Part shown: positions 33,032-43,747 of the stretch, in pieces
Layout: each line of letters begins with the position of its first letter
How positions within the stretch are numbered: the first letter of the stretch is position 1
Assembly: GCA_963422375.2 (NCBI GenBank)
Contig: OY729427.2
Span: 1,600,001-1,664,000 of the forward strand
DNA length: 64,000 bases
DNA from: Bryobacterales bacterium
Lineage (GTDB): Bacteria; Acidobacteriota; Terriglobia; Bryobacterales; UBA6623
Direction: 5' to 3'
Notes under the pieces: model-generated
Databases searched by the model: none
What the model was told of the DNA's origin: nothing
What the model saw: only the letters and a program-made list of their open reading frames with translations
Translations under genes and position numbers: made by a program

Positions 33032-33780
33032 ATGTCCGGCCACTCGAAATGGGCGACCATCAAGCACAAGAAGGCCGCCACCGATGCGAAGCGCGGCAAG
33101 GTGTTCACTCGACTGATCCGCGAGATTCAGGTTGCTGCCAGGGAGGGCGGACCCGACCAGGATTCCAACCCGCGCCTGCGCACGGCGGTGGCGGCGGCCA
33201 AGGCCCAGTCCATGCCCGGGGAGAACATCAAGCGGGCGATCATGCGCGGCAGCGGGCAGCTCGAAGGGGAGACCTACGCGAGATCGTCTTCGAGGGGTAC
33301 GCGCCCGCCGGCGTTGCCGTCATGGTGGAGACGGTCACCGACAACCGCAATCGTACCGTGGCCGAATTGCGCCACATCTTCGCCAAGAACGGCGGGAACT
33401 TGGGAGAGAACGGCTGCGTTTCGTGGATTTTCAGCAAGCGCAGCGTGGCGGTAGTGGCCAAGGAGGTCGCCGGCGAGGACGAGTTGATGGAGACCGTGCT
33501 CATGGCCGGGGCCGACGACCTAATCGACGATGGCGATCAATGGGTGGTGCATTCGCCCCCGGAGGCCCACGACGATATCGTCGGCGCGCTGCGCGAAGCC
33601 GGCATCGAGCCCGTGTCGGCCGAAGTCTCCCGCGTTCCGGAGAACACCGTGCGGGTAGGCGGCAAGCAGGCCGGCAGCGTGGTTCGCATGATCGAGAGGC
33701 TCGAGGATCAGGACGACGTGCAGAGCGTCTTCGCGAACTTCGATATTGACGCGGGGGAACTCGAGGCGCTTTCCTCCTAG
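33032..33780 (+). pseudogene. yebC: YebC/PmpR family protein with a 1-nt frameshift (real or sequencing error)
   Basis: [14 protein letters not shown]...NPRLR in one frame; [13 protein letters not shown]...TDNRNRT...LEDQDDVQSVFAN in the other. Length 749 nt (3n-1); shift near 33278. Confidence 0.85.
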
Positions 33781-33790
33781 TGGCGTTCGC

Positions 33791-34264
33791 GTGCGGATAC
33801 TGGGCGTCGACTGCGGGTCCCGGATCACGGGCTACGGGATCATCGAGAGCGACGGCCGCTCCCACCGCGCGCTAGCGTACGGCGCGATTCGGATGTCGCA
33901 GCGACAGGCCTTCGAGCAGCGGCTGGCGAAGGTAGCGGACGGGCTGGACGCGGTTGTCGGGCGCTACAAGCCCGAGGAAGCGGCGGTCGAGGACGTTTTC
34001 GCGCACAAGAACATGCGCAGCGCCCTCGCTCTGGCCCACGTGCGCGGCGTGGCGTTGCTGAGCGCGTCGCGGGCCGGGCTGCGCGTTGCGACGTACTCGC
34101 CATCCAAGATCAAGGCGAGCGTGGTCAGCCACGGGGCAGCGGGGAAGCAACAGGTCCGCATGATGGTCAAGCTGCTGCTCGGCGTGCAGGAGGAGCTCGA
34201 TCCGCTGGACATCTCGGACGCGCTTGCGGTGGCCTACTGCCATGCCAGCCTCAGGGGGAGCTGA
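33791..34264 (+). CDS. ruvC: Holliday junction resolvase RuvC
   Basis: ILGVDCGSRITGYG, AVEDVF, LAHVRGVA, G.AGKQQV..MV, DISDALAVAYCH; follows yebC. Confidence 0.93.
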   Translation: MRILGVDCGSRITGYGIIESDGRSHRALAYGAIRMSQRQAFEQRLAKVADGLDAVVGRYKPEEAAVEDVFAHKNMRSALALAHVRGVALLSASRAGLRVATYSPSKIKASVVSHGAAGKQQVRMMVKLLLGVQEELDPLDISDALAVAYCHASLRGS

Positions 34265-34268
34265 GGTC

Positions 34269-34883
34269 ATGTACGCTCGGCTGCTCGGGATCGGCGCGGC
34301 GCTCGCCTTGGCGGCGGTGGCGCAGGAGACGATCCATTTCGAGCGCGAGTTTCCTGGGGCGGCCCCGGAACGCTTCGAGGTGCGACTGGGGCGTGACGGC
34401 AGCGCGGTCTATGCCGAGGAAGGGGACGACCCGCTGGAGCTCTCGATCGGAGCGGAGACGGCCGGCGAGGTCTTCGAGCTTGCATCGGCCCTGGACTACT
34501 TCGCCAGGCCGCTCGCCAGCCGTCGGCGGGTCGCCTCCACCGGGCGCAAGGTGATTCGGTACGAGAAGGACGGGGCTGTCCGGGGGGAGGCGGAGTTCGA
34601 CTACTCGGACCTCCCGCAAGCCCGCGAGATTGCCGCGTGGTTCGTGAGGCTGAGCGCGACGCAGCAGCACCTGCGGGAGCTCGAGCGGGCCTACCGGTTC
34701 GACCGGCTGGGAGTCAACCAGGCCTTGGTGCATCTGGAGATGTCCTACGAGCGGAATCGGATCGTCGCGCCGGAGCTGCTCGAGCCGGTCTTGGGGCGGA
34801 TTGCGGCGGAAGGGCGTATCGTGCATTTGGCGCGGGCGCGCGCCGAGGGCCTGCTGGAGCGGATCAGAGCGGCGCGAGAGTAG
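34269..34883 (+). CDS. Secreted hypothetical protein
   Basis: Signal peptide, host-like codon usage, in line with ruvC; motifs VASTGRK, RFDRLGV. Confidence 0.75.
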   Translation: MYARLLGIGAALALAAVAQETIHFEREFPGAAPERFEVRLGRDGSAVYAEEGDDPLELSIGAETAGEVFELASALDYFARPLASRRRVASTGRKVIRYEKDGAVRGEAEFDYSDLPQAREIAAWFVRLSATQQHLRELERAYRFDRLGVNQALVHLEMSYERNRIVAPELLEPVLGRIAAEGRIVHLARARAEGLLERIRAARE

Positions 34884-36525
34884 GCTCGCTTCTCGACGGG
34901 GCGTTCCGGGCGCGATTGTCCGGATCGCGAGGGTGCCTGATTCGACGCTCGGGCCTCCCGCAGATGGGTTCCTCCGCCGGTCCGCGGGATCCCCGAAGAA
35001 CCGCCCCAGCGCTCGATCCGGAGATTCTCGGGCGAGGTAGCCAGCCACCGGTGCATGATGCGCGCTAGGGAAATCGGGTCGGTCTCGGGCGAAGTTCGTC
35101 CAAGCTCTCGATCGCTCGGTGATCGCTTTCGCTAGGGAGAACGCCGGGATAGAGAGGGTAGTGGTACAGCCTGTCAAAGTGATCGTGATTGAATTGGAAG
35201 CTTCCGGCAGGGCCCCTGACGCCGTCGTGATTTCGGTCCGCTTGCCTGGGATTTGCAGTTGATCTCTGCCGGTCCGAGATCCGTCTTTGACAGCGGTGAT
35301 TCGCAGTCAAGCGAGGCGCGGCTAATCGACTTCGTCACCGATTGTCGCCACGATTCGCGTTGGAGGCTGGGCAGGACGGAGGTTCCCTCCCGTCTCGGTT
35401 TCGGCAAACGTTCCCGGGTTTCTGAGAGCATCACTCCGATGGAATCTGCACCAAGGTCGTCCATAGCCCTCGTACGATTTCTGCTTCCGGACCGCCAGAA
35501 GGTGCCGAGGATTCTTGCAGGCAGCTACTTGTCTCACGCTTCGGCTGATTGCGAGCCTGTTGCTTCGAGCAAGGGCGAGCGGGTCGTCTGCGACGAATCC
35601 GATGTTCTCCTGCGTTCTTGTCATTTCAACGCAGGCGTAGCGCTAGCGCTAGGAGATGACCTTGGCTTGGCGCTCGCACGACGAGGACGCCACGGTCCCA
35701 AGGCGCCTCACGTGCTGCCCTCTTGGTGTCAGGCTCGATCTCGAGCGCAGTCTCCTCACTCTGCCTCCGTGCGGTTTCCAGTAGAGCCGTCGCGGCACCT
35801 GAGCCGGGAGGGGATCGTGCCCGCGGTAGGACTGACCGCCTGAGGATGCCTGGGCGGCGGGTCAAGGGCGATGCAGTCGATTTCGCATCGATCGTCCGGA
35901 AGGGTCCGCAGGTCAGCGTCGGCGACGTGATCTGTCGCGAGCGCTCCCTAGCGGTGAGGCATAATACGCTTCTGGAACGCTGCTTGAGCGTAGGTACTGC
36001 CGGACTCGACGCTCCCGGGAGCCGCATATGCGTGCAAGTCCTGAGAAGAGAGGTATCCGTTCGATCATGGGCTCTCTCCAAGGATGTGTTCGTTGAACGG
36101 CAAGATATTATCCACGAAACTATTTCGTCGAAGTGAGCGTGGATCTTGGTCTGGTATAGCGGCCGGATAAGGCTCCAATAGCTTGAACTAATCAATGTGA
36201 TCAGTGACGGAATCCATGCCTGCATTCATAGTCTCGTTCCGTAGGTCGGAAGTATCCTGGTGTGGCGATCACTCCAGCATGAAGTCCTGACCGGGAGACG
36301 AAATCAGGCTCGGTTCATGTCGAAATCGCTCCGCTCTATCTCGTCATCCTCCGAATTGAGCGTTGGATAGGCGACCGGGAGAAACGCTCGACATGCTTGG
36401 ACTGCTGCACGCCGGAGCTGGCTTGGCGCTTTGGCCTTGCGCAACGCAGGCAAGTCCTGTGCTCCTTTATGTACCCGATACTGGTTCCGTCGCGGGCCGG
36501 TCAGTTGTCCGCGAACCGCCCGTCG

Positions 36526-37404
36526 TTACGTGGGTGCGCCGACGATACGGTCGTAGATGGACGAGAGTTCTTCGTCGGAGGAGAACGAGATCTCGAGGAC
36601 GCCCTTGCTGCCGCGCTGGCGAAGGCGCACCGGGGCTTGCAGGAACCGTTGGAGTTCTTCGACCGCCGCCACCGCGCTCGCGTCCACCGATCGCTCGCTG
36701 CGCTTGCGTGCCGGCTTCTGGATCTTGCGGACCATGCGCTCGACTTCCCGGACGGACAGCTGGGACCTTGCCGCGTGCTCGCCCAGCGTCTCCTGGTCTT
36801 CCCGACTGTCCAGTGCCAGCAGGGCGCGAGCGTGGCCCATTTGCAGGCTGCCCTGCAGCAGGAAGTCCTGCAGGGACGGAGGCAGCCGCAGGAGGCGCAG
36901 GTGGTTCGTGATCGACGCCCGGCTCATCCCCGTGCGGGTGGCGAGCTCCTCGTGGATCAGGTCCAGCTCGTTGCTCATGCGGTTGAGCGCCAGTGCGATC
37001 TCGATCGGGTTGAGGTTGTCCCGCTGGATGTTTTCGATCAGCGTGACCTCGAGCAGCCTGTCGGGAGCGATCGTGCGGACGATGGCCGGGATCGTGGTCA
37101 GCCCGGCGAGGCGGCACGCCCGCAGTCGGCGCTCGCCGACGATCACGGTGTAGCGGTCGCCGTTGCGCGAGACCAGAATGGGCTGGAGGACGCCGTCGGA
37201 TCGGATCGACGTGGCCAGCTCGCGAAGGGATTCCGGATCGAAGCCGGACCGGGGCTGGACGGGATTGGGATCCGCGCTCTTGACAGGGATCTGCTCCACG
37301 GACTGGCCGGCTTCGTCCCCGACCGAAGGCGCTCCCGGAAGGAGGGCGCTGAGGCCCTTTCCCAAGGCCTTGCGCTTGGGAGGGCTGGCTGGCGTGTCTG
37401 GCAT
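36526..37404 (-). CDS. parB: Chromosome partitioning protein ParB
   Basis: LGKGLSALL, PNPVQPR, GVLQPILV, IVGERRLRA, LIENIQRDNLNPIE, HTH SRASITNHLRLL, MGHARALL. Confidence 0.96.
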   Translation of the reverse strand: MPDTPASPPKRKALGKGLSALLPGAPSVGDEAGQSVEQIPVKSADPNPVQPRSGFDPESLRELATSIRSDGVLQPILVSRNGDRYTVIVGERRLRACRLAGLTTIPAIVRTIAPDRLLEVTLIENIQRDNLNPIEIALALNRMSNELDLIHEELATRTGMSRASITNHLRLLRLPPSLQDFLLQGSLQMGHARALLALDSREDQETLGEHAARSQLSVREVERMVRKIQKPARKRSERSVDASAVAAVEELQRFLQAPVRLRQRGSKGVLEISFSSDEELSSIYDRIVGAPT

Positions 37405-37408
37405 CGAA

Positions 37409-38200
37409 TTAGTTCTTGGCGGCGGTCTTGCGACTCGCGCGGGCGCGGGCGAGCACCTCCCGCGCGAGATTCAGGTAGCTTTGCGCGCCCTTGGAGCGCA
37501 CGTCGTATTGGAGAACGGGCATTCCATAGCTCGGCGCTTCGGCGAGCCGCACGTTGCGCGGGATCACGGTATCGAACAGAAGCGAGTCGAAGTGGGCCCG
37601 CAGCTCGGCAGCCACCTGCTTGGTGAGGGACGTGCGCCCGTCGTACATCGTCAGAAGCACGCCCTCGATGGCGAGCTCGGGATTGAGCGTCGCCCGGACG
37701 GAGTCGAGCGTGCGCAGGAGCGAGGAGACTCCCTCGAGCGCGAAGTACTCGCAATGAATCGGGATGAGAACGGAATCGGCGGCGGCCAGCGCGTTGAGCG
37801 TCAGAATGTCCAGAGACGGGGGGCAGTCCAGCAGAAGGAAGTCGTGGCTCGAGTTCGCGACGTGCCGGTTCGCCTTGAGCCGCAAGGCGCGGTCCTCGAG
37901 ATCCGCGAGCTCGACGTTCGCCCCGGCCAAGTGCCGGCTGGAGGGCAGGATGTCCAGTCCGGCGAAAGTGGTCGGTAGGACGGCCCGGTCGAGCGGCACG
38001 CCGTCGATGAGGACCTCGTAGAGGGTCGGCCGGCGCGTGTCGGGCGGGACGCCCACGCCGCTGGAGCAATTGCCCTGCGGGTCGCAGTCGACGAGGAGAA
38101 CCCTGCAGTCGGCCGCGGCGAGCGCGGCGGCGAGATTGATCGCAGTCGTGGTCTTGCCGACCCCGCCTTTCTGATTCGAGACTGCGATCCACGTTGCCAC
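37409..38200 (-). CDS. parA: Chromosome partitioning ATPase ParA/Soj
   Basis: NQKGGVGKTTTAINLAA, DCDPQGN, DCPPSL, CEYFALEG, IPRNVRLAEAPSYG. Confidence 0.96.
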   Translation of the reverse strand: MATWIAVSNQKGGVGKTTTAINLAAALAAADCRVLLVDCDPQGNCSSGVGVPPDTRRPTLYEVLIDGVPLDRAVLPTTFAGLDILPSSRHLAGANVELADLEDRALRLKANRHVANSSHDFLLLDCPPSLDILTLNALAAADSVLIPIHCEYFALEGVSSLLRTLDSVRATLNPELAIEGVLLTMYDGRTSLTKQVAAELRAHFDSLLFDTVIPRNVRLAEAPSYGMPVLQYDVRSKGAQSYLNLAREVLARARASRKTAAKN

Positions 38201-38241
38201 GAGAGCACCGTCAAGATCAGGCTAGCATGAACACGCTCGAA

Positions 38242-38257
38242 TGTTTCACGTGGAACA
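38242..38257. promoter_or_regulatory. parS: parS centromere-like site 1
   Basis: TGTTTCACGTGGAACA, one mismatch to the TGTTTCACGTGAAACA consensus, immediately upstream of parA. Confidence 0.9.
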
Positions 38258-38881
38258 TTGCCGTCGTGCCATTGTTCCACGTGAAACATTGCCCGTCGCT
38301 GAGGCCGACAAGGCGCGGCCCAGCCAGAGGTTCCGGCGGTCGCCCCACGGCATCGGCACTCCTTCCCAGTGCCCGAAGCCGCACCGGCCGGGCCGGTCCG
38401 TCCCGAGGACTGCCGCGCGCGGCACGCGGCCCGCGATGCGGGGCAGGACGGAAGGCGGGGAGACCGCCCGGAGGAGCGCCCACTCGGCCCGCCCGCTCCA
38501 GTCCTCGATCCGGCACCCCGCGACGGTAACGTTGGCGACCTCGCGCGTAGATTCGCAAAGAAACGCTGCTTTCTTCTGTTTTGATTCGACAAGAGTGACG
38601 CTTGCGCCCGGCCGGAGCACCGCGAACGGCACGCCGGGAAAGCCGGCCCCCGATCCCACGTCGACGGCCGACGCGGTCGCGGGCAGCTCCCGGTGCAGGA
38701 AGGCCGCCTCCCCGTAATGCCGCCTCGCCGCCGCGACCGGGTCCCGGATGGCGGTCAGGTTCACGCGCCGGTTCCAGCGGCATAGAAGGCCGAAGTGCGC
38801 GCAGAGGCGCTCGATCTGCGCGGCCGTAGCCGCCACGCGCAGATCGCGTAGCGCCTCGCGCAGCGCCGCCTCGAACGTCAC
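38246..38881 (-). CDS. rsmG: 16S rRNA (guanine527-N7)-methyltransferase
   Basis: [41 protein letters not shown] start overlaps the mnmG stop (GTGA). Confidence 0.92.
   Translation of the reverse strand: MTFEAALREALRDLRVAATAAQIERLCAHFGLLCRWNRRVNLTAIRDPVAAARRHYGEAAFLHRELPATASAVDVGSGAGFPGVPFAVLRPGASVTLVESKQKKAAFLCESTREVANVTVAGCRIEDWSGRAEWALLRAVSPPSVLPRIAGRVPRAAVLGTDRPGRCGFGHWEGVPMPWGDRRNLWLGRALSASATGNVSRGTMARRQCST
38273..38288. promoter_or_regulatory. parS: parS centromere-like site 2
   Basis: TGTTCCACGTGAAACA, the exact reverse complement of site 1, 15 nt away. Confidence 0.9.
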
Positions 38882-40743
38882 GCGCTCAGATGCATGTCGA
38901 GAATGCACACCGCGGCCGGCGTCACGCCAGGGATGCGGCCGGCCTGTCCGAGCGTTCGCGGCCGCACGCGCTCCATCTTCTCGACGGCCTCCCGCGAGAG
39001 GCCGGGCAGGCCGCGGTACTCGAATCCCGGCGGAATCCGGCGCTGCTCGGCCTGCTGCAGGCGCTCGATCTGGCGGCGCTGCTGGTCCAGGTAGCCCGCG
39101 TACTTGAACTCGGCCTCGATCGCCTTCCAGTCGGCCTTTCGCAGCGTCTGGCCCACGCCGGGCGGGAAGGCCGGCCGCAGCTGCTCGATGCCCACTCGCG
39201 GCCTGCGCAGGAGCCGGGCCAGGCTGGTCCTCCCGCCCGGAGGCGGCGCGAGCGTGTCGTACAGGCGATCCGAGAGCGGCGGCTTGTGGCGCTCCAGGAA
39301 GCGCACCGCGGCGTCCCGCGCGGCGCACCTGGCCTCGAACCGCCGCCAGTCCTCGTCGCCGACCGTTCCCGCCCCGCGTCCGATGGGAGTGAGCCGGCGG
39401 TCCGCGTTGTCGATCCGCAGGTGCAGGCGGAATTCCGCCCTGGACGTGAACATCCGGTAGGGCTCGTCGGTGCCCTTGGTGATCAGGTCGTCGATCAGGA
39501 TGCCGATGTAGGCGTCCGTGCGCGCGAGCACCACGGGATTGCCGCCGCCCAGGGCGCTGGCGGCGTTGACGCCAGCGAGCAAGCCCTGGCAGGCGGCTTC
39601 CTCGTAGCCGGTCGTGCCGTTGATCTGGCCCGCCAAGTAGAGACCCGCAACCCTCTTGGTTTCGAGCGTGGCGAGCAGCTCGGTCGCGTCGACCGAGTCG
39701 TACTCGATCGCGTAGCCGGGCCGGATCATCTCGGCGCGGTCCAGGCCCGGGACGGAGGCCACCATGGCTTCCTGTACGTCGATCGGCATGCTGGTCGACA
39801 TGCCGTTGGCGTACACCTCGTTCGTGTCGAGGCCTTCCGGCTCGAGGAAGATTTGGTGGCGCCTGCGATCCGGGAACTTGACGATCTTGTCCTCGATCGA
39901 CGGGCAGTAGCGCGGCCCGACCCCCTCGATCTGGCCGCTGTAGAGAGGCGACCGGCGCAGGCTCTCGGACAGCACGCGGTGCGTCCGCTCGTTCGTGTGG
40001 GCGATGTGGCAGCTGACCTGGGGCCTGTCGATGGCCTCCGTCCGGAAAGAGAACGGAGTGGGCTCGGCATCGCCGGGCTGCGGTTCGAAGACGTCCCAGT
40101 CGATGGTGCGGCCGTCCAGCCGCGGAGGGGTGCCCGTCTTGAGCCGGCAGCAGCGGAACCCCCGGGCCCGCAGCACCTCCCCGAGCATCACCGACGCCTG
40201 CTCCCCGCTCCGGCCGGCCCGGAACGTGCGCTCGCCGATATGCACGAGCCCGTTCAGGAAAGTGCCGGTGGTGACGATGACCGCGCCGGCGCCGAGCGAC
40301 CGGCCGTCCAGGAGCTCGACTCCGCGGATCCGGTCCTCCTCGACGCGGAGGTCCACGACCTCCGCCTGCTTGATGTCGAGGCTGGGCTCGCGCTCGAGCA
40401 GCTGGCGCATGCGAATGCGGTACTGTTTCTTGTCGCACTGGGCCCGTGGAGACCAGACCGCCGGCCCGCGGCTGGTATTCAGCAGCCGGAACTGGATGCC
40501 GACCTCGTCGGTTACCCGGCCCATCACGCCGCCCAGCGCGTCGATCTCGCGAACGAGATGCCCCTTGGCGATACCCCCGACCGCGGGGTTGCACGACATC
40601 TGGGCGACGAGGTCCAGGTTCAGGGTCACCAAGGCGACCCGCGCGCCGATGCGGGCCGCCGCGACCGCGGCCTCGCAGCCGGCGTGGCCCGCCCCGACGA
40701 CGACGACGTCGTAGCGCTCGGACGCCCTCGAACTCGCCGCCAC
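38878..40743 (-). CDS. mnmG: tRNA uridine-5-carboxymethylaminomethyl modification enzyme
   Basis: [66 protein letters not shown]. Confidence 0.98.
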   Translation of the reverse strand: MAASSRASERYDVVVVGAGHAGCEAAVAAARIGARVALVTLNLDLVAQMSCNPAVGGIAKGHLVREIDALGGVMGRVTDEVGIQFRLLNTSRGPAVWSPRAQCDKKQYRIRMRQLLEREPSLDIKQAEVVDLRVEEDRIRGVELLDGRSLGAGAVIVTTGTFLNGLVHIGERTFRAGRSGEQASVMLGEVLRARGFRCCRLKTGTPPRLDGRTIDWDVFEPQPGDAEPTPFSFRTEAIDRPQVSCHIAHTNERTHRVLSESLRRSPLYSGQIEGVGPRYCPSIEDKIVKFPDRRRHQIFLEPEGLDTNEVYANGMSTSMPIDVQEAMVASVPGLDRAEMIRPGYAIEYDSVDATELLATLETKRVAGLYLAGQINGTTGYEEAACQGLLAGVNAASALGGGNPVVLARTDAYIGILIDDLITKGTDEPYRMFTSRAEFRLHLRIDNADRRLTPIGRGAGTVGDEDWRRFEARCAARDAAVRFLERHKPPLSDRLYDTLAPPPGGRTSLARLLRRPRVGIEQLRPAFPPGVGQTLRKADWKAIEAEFKYAGYLDQQRRQIERLQQAEQRRIPPGFEYRGLPGLSREAVEKMERVRPRTLGQAGRIPGVTPAAVCILDMHLSA

Positions 40744-40817
40744 CGCCCCGGTCGTTCCCTTCCTGATATTCTATGCCTTGGATCGCTCGCCGGATCTCCC
40801 GGAGGCGTCGCAACGGG

Positions 40818-42107
40818 ATGAGGGTCTTGGTGATCGGCGGCGGTGGCCGCGAGCACGCGATCGCTTGGCGGTTCGCGGCGGACGCCCCCGCGAACCGCGC
40901 CTTCTGCGTCCCCGGCAACGCCGGTATCCAGCGGGATGCCTCGTGCGTCGCGGGCGACATCATGGCTGTCGAGGAGATGGCCTCGCTCGCGGAGTATCTC
41001 GGCGTCGACTGCACGGTGGTGGGTCCCGAAGCGCCGCTTGTTGCGGGCATAGCCGACGAATTCCGCGCCCGCGGCCTGCCGGTCGTCGGTCCGTCGGCCG
41101 CCGCGGCGCGGCTCGAGGGGAGCAAGGCCTTCGCGAAGGCCTTCCTGCGGGCCTGCGCCATCCCGACGGCGGAGTCGGTGCTGCTCGAGAGGCCCGAGGA
41201 CGTTGCCGCCGCGGTCGGCCGCTTCGGCTTTCCGGTCGCTCTGAAGGCGGACGGCCTTGCCGCGGGCAAAGGCGTCGTGATCGCGGGCGACATGGACGAG
41301 GCGGTGCGCTGCGCGCAAGGCATGCTTTCGGGTGACATGGCGGGCGCCGCGGGCCGGCGCATCGTGGTCGAGCAGTTTCTCGACGGGGAAGAGGTCAGCT
41401 TCATCGTGCTGAGCGACGGCCGCGGCTATTGCCTGCTGCCCGCGACGCAGGATTACAAGCGCGCCTTGGACGGCGACCTCGGGCCGAACACCGGCGGCAT
41501 GGGGGCCTACTGCGACGACTCGATCCTGCCGGACGCTACGCGGGACCGGATCGTCGAGGAGATCGTCGAGCCCGCCCTGACGGGAATGCGGCGTCGAGGC
41601 ACGCCCTTTTCCGGCTTCTTGTACTGCGGCCTGATGATCACGGCGGACGGGCCCAAGGTGCTCGAGTTCAACGTGCGCCTCGGTGATCCCGAAGCCCAGC
41701 CGATGCTGTATCGCATGGATCCCGGGTTCGCCGAACTGCTGCACGGCGCCTCCCGGGGAGCCTTGGACCGGTCGCTGCTGAAGACCGGCGCTCCGTCCGC
41801 CGCGTGCGTGGTGCTGGCGTCCGGAGGTTACCCCGGCAAGTACGACACGGGCGCGCGCGTCGACGGGCTGGACGCGGCCCGGTCTCCGGAGGCTAAGGTC
41901 TTTCACGCGGGCACCAGGCTTTCCGGGGGCGTGCCGGTCACGTCCGGGGGCCGCGTCCTCGGCGTCACGGCTGCGGGGAACCGCCTTGACGAGGCACTCG
42001 GGCGCGCCTACGCCGCCGCGGGCTCGATTCGTTTCGACGGCGCCCGTTACCGTCGCGACATCGGACGGCGGGGCTTGGCTAGGGCCGGAGCCGGAATTCA
42101 GGGATAG
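40818..42107 (+). CDS. purD: Phosphoribosylamine--glycine ligase
   Basis: VLVIGGGGREHA, VVGPEAPL, KADGLAAGKGV, QDYKR..DGD.GPNTGGMGAY, EFNVRLGDPE, TSGGRVL. Confidence 0.97.
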   Translation: MRVLVIGGGGREHAIAWRFAADAPANRAFCVPGNAGIQRDASCVAGDIMAVEEMASLAEYLGVDCTVVGPEAPLVAGIADEFRARGLPVVGPSAAAARLEGSKAFAKAFLRACAIPTAESVLLERPEDVAAAVGRFGFPVALKADGLAAGKGVVIAGDMDEAVRCAQGMLSGDMAGAAGRRIVVEQFLDGEEVSFIVLSDGRGYCLLPATQDYKRALDGDLGPNTGGMGAYCDDSILPDATRDRIVEEIVEPALTGMRRRGTPFSGFLYCGLMITADGPKVLEFNVRLGDPEAQPMLYRMDPGFAELLHGASRGALDRSLLKTGAPSAACVVLASGGYPGKYDTGARVDGLDAARSPEAKVFHAGTRLSGGVPVTSGGRVLGVTAAGNRLDEALGRAYAAAGSIRFDGARYRRDIGRRGLARAGAGIQG

Positions 42108-42115
42108 GAGCGGCG

Positions 42116-43129
42116 ATGCGAGTCGGACTGGTCGGGACGGGAGCGATTTCCCACAAGCACGCGGAGAGCTACCGCGAGATCGGCTACGAGCTGGTGGCCT
42201 GTTCCAACCGCGGCCGGGAGAAGGGCGAGGCTTTCGCCGCGCGTTACGGCTGCGAGTTCGTGCCCAACCATCGCGACCTTTGCGCGAGGCCCGACATCGA
42301 TTTCGTCGACGTCTGCACCTTCCCCGATTCGCGCGGGGAGATCTGCGCCGCGGCGGCGGCTTGCGGCAAGCACGTGCTCGTGCAGAAGCCCATGGCGCTG
42401 ACGATGGAGGTTTGCCGCGGGATGATCGAGACCTGCGAGGCGAGCGGAGTCGGCTTGGGCGTGGTGAGCCAGCACCGCTTCGACGAGAGCGTCGTGTTCC
42501 TGAAGCGAGCCATCGGCGACGGGCGCTTGGGACGGCTGCTCCAAGTCGACGGCTACGTGAAGTGGCACCGGCCGCAGGAATACTACGACCGCCCGGGCAA
42601 GGGCAAGTGGGCCGTCGAGGGCGGCGGGGCCCTGATCAACCAGGGCATTCACACCGCGGACGTGATGCAGTTCTTGGCCGGCCGGGTCCGGCGGGTCTAC
42701 GCACACTGGCAGCTCGGCGGTGCCCACAGGATGGAGGCCGAAGACTGGGTGAGCGCCGTCCTCGTCTACGGGAGCGGCGCGAGCGGAGTCTTACAGGCCT
42801 CTACCGCCGCGTGGCCCGGCTATGCGGAACGGATCGAGATTCATGGCACGAAGGGGACCGCCGTCATCACAGGGGACCAGCTGACGGCGTGGGAGGTCCC
42901 CGGGGACCCCGGAGACGACGCCCCGCTGTCCGCCGGAGTCGATTCGGGCGCGTCCGACCCGATGGCGATCTCGATCGTGAACCTGCAGCGCCAGCTGCTC
43001 GATTTCGGGGAGGCGGTGCGTCTCGGCCGGGAGCCTCTGGTGAGCGGCGCGGAGGGCATGGCCGCGCTGCGGCTGGTCCTGTGCGTCTACGAGTCGGCGC
43101 GCGAGGAGCGTCCGGTCGGGCCGCTGTAG
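42116..43129 (+). CDS. Gfo/Idh/MocA family oxidoreductase
   Basis: VGLVGTGAI, GKHVLVQKP, QHRF, GGGALINQGIH, EIHGTKG. Confidence 0.92.
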   Translation: MRVGLVGTGAISHKHAESYREIGYELVACSNRGREKGEAFAARYGCEFVPNHRDLCARPDIDFVDVCTFPDSRGEICAAAAACGKHVLVQKPMALTMEVCRGMIETCEASGVGLGVVSQHRFDESVVFLKRAIGDGRLGRLLQVDGYVKWHRPQEYYDRPGKGKWAVEGGGALINQGIHTADVMQFLAGRVRRVYAHWQLGGAHRMEAEDWVSAVLVYGSGASGVLQASTAAWPGYAERIEIHGTKGTAVITGDQLTAWEVPGDPGDDAPLSAGVDSGASDPMAISIVNLQRQLLDFGEAVRLGREPLVSGAEGMAALRLVLCVYESAREERPVGPL

Positions 43130-43250
43130 CGCGCGGGCGAGGGCAAACCGTATAATTCCTAGTAGGGTCCGCGGTAGGCTCTTGGTAGGCTAGGCGTCCG
43201 GAGCGTTCCGGGCTGACCGCCCCGGGCTAGCGGCCGGGGCGCTCTAGGAA

Positions 43251-43724
43251 ATGGCCATGGAGTTGCAAGTCATAGAGAAGCTCGAAGCCGAGATCAGGAA
43301 AATCGAGACGGAGCTTCACGACACGCTCCCGAAGGAAATCCAGAAGGCGCGTGAGCTGGGCGACCTGAGCGAAAACGCCGAGTACTCGGCCGCGAAGGAG
43401 CGCCAGCGGCTTCTGAATGCCCGGATGGCGCAACTGTCGGAGCGTCTGGCGAAGCTCAAGCTCATCGATCTCTCGAAGATTCCGACCGATGCCGCGGGCC
43501 TGGGTTCGACGGTGGTCCTCATCGACCTCGACGAGGACCGCGAATTGACCTACGAACTGGTCACGACCGAGGAATCCGATGTGCCCGCCGGGAAGATTTC
43601 GACTTCCTCGCCGATCGGCAGGTCGCTTCTCGGAAAGCGCGACGGCGACGAGGTGGAGGTCAGGACACCCGGGGGCCTCAAGTCATTCGAGATCGTGAGC
43701 GTGGTGACCATCCACGCGAAGTAG
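43251..43724 (+). CDS. greA: Transcription elongation factor GreA
   Basis: ARELGDLSENAEYSAAK, IS..SPIGRSLLGK..GD; TATAAT at 43151-43156. Confidence 0.93.
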   Translation: MAMELQVIEKLEAEIRKIETELHDTLPKEIQKARELGDLSENAEYSAAKERQRLLNARMAQLSERLAKLKLIDLSKIPTDAAGLGSTVVLIDLDEDRELTYELVTTEESDVPAGKISTSSPIGRSLLGKRDGDEVEVRTPGGLKSFEIVSVVTIHAK

Positions 43725-43747
43725 GAGTTCGTGCGAGAGGCCTCGAG

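Noticed and set aside
36108..36116. Isolated TTATCCACG DnaA-box-like 9-mer
   Set aside because: A single site in a lower-GC relic with no cluster; compatible with chance.
38246..41404. 1052-aa ORF suggesting an RsmG fusion
   Set aside because: Only the last 211 aa are RsmG; the rest is an off-frame overlap of mnmG and antisense purD.
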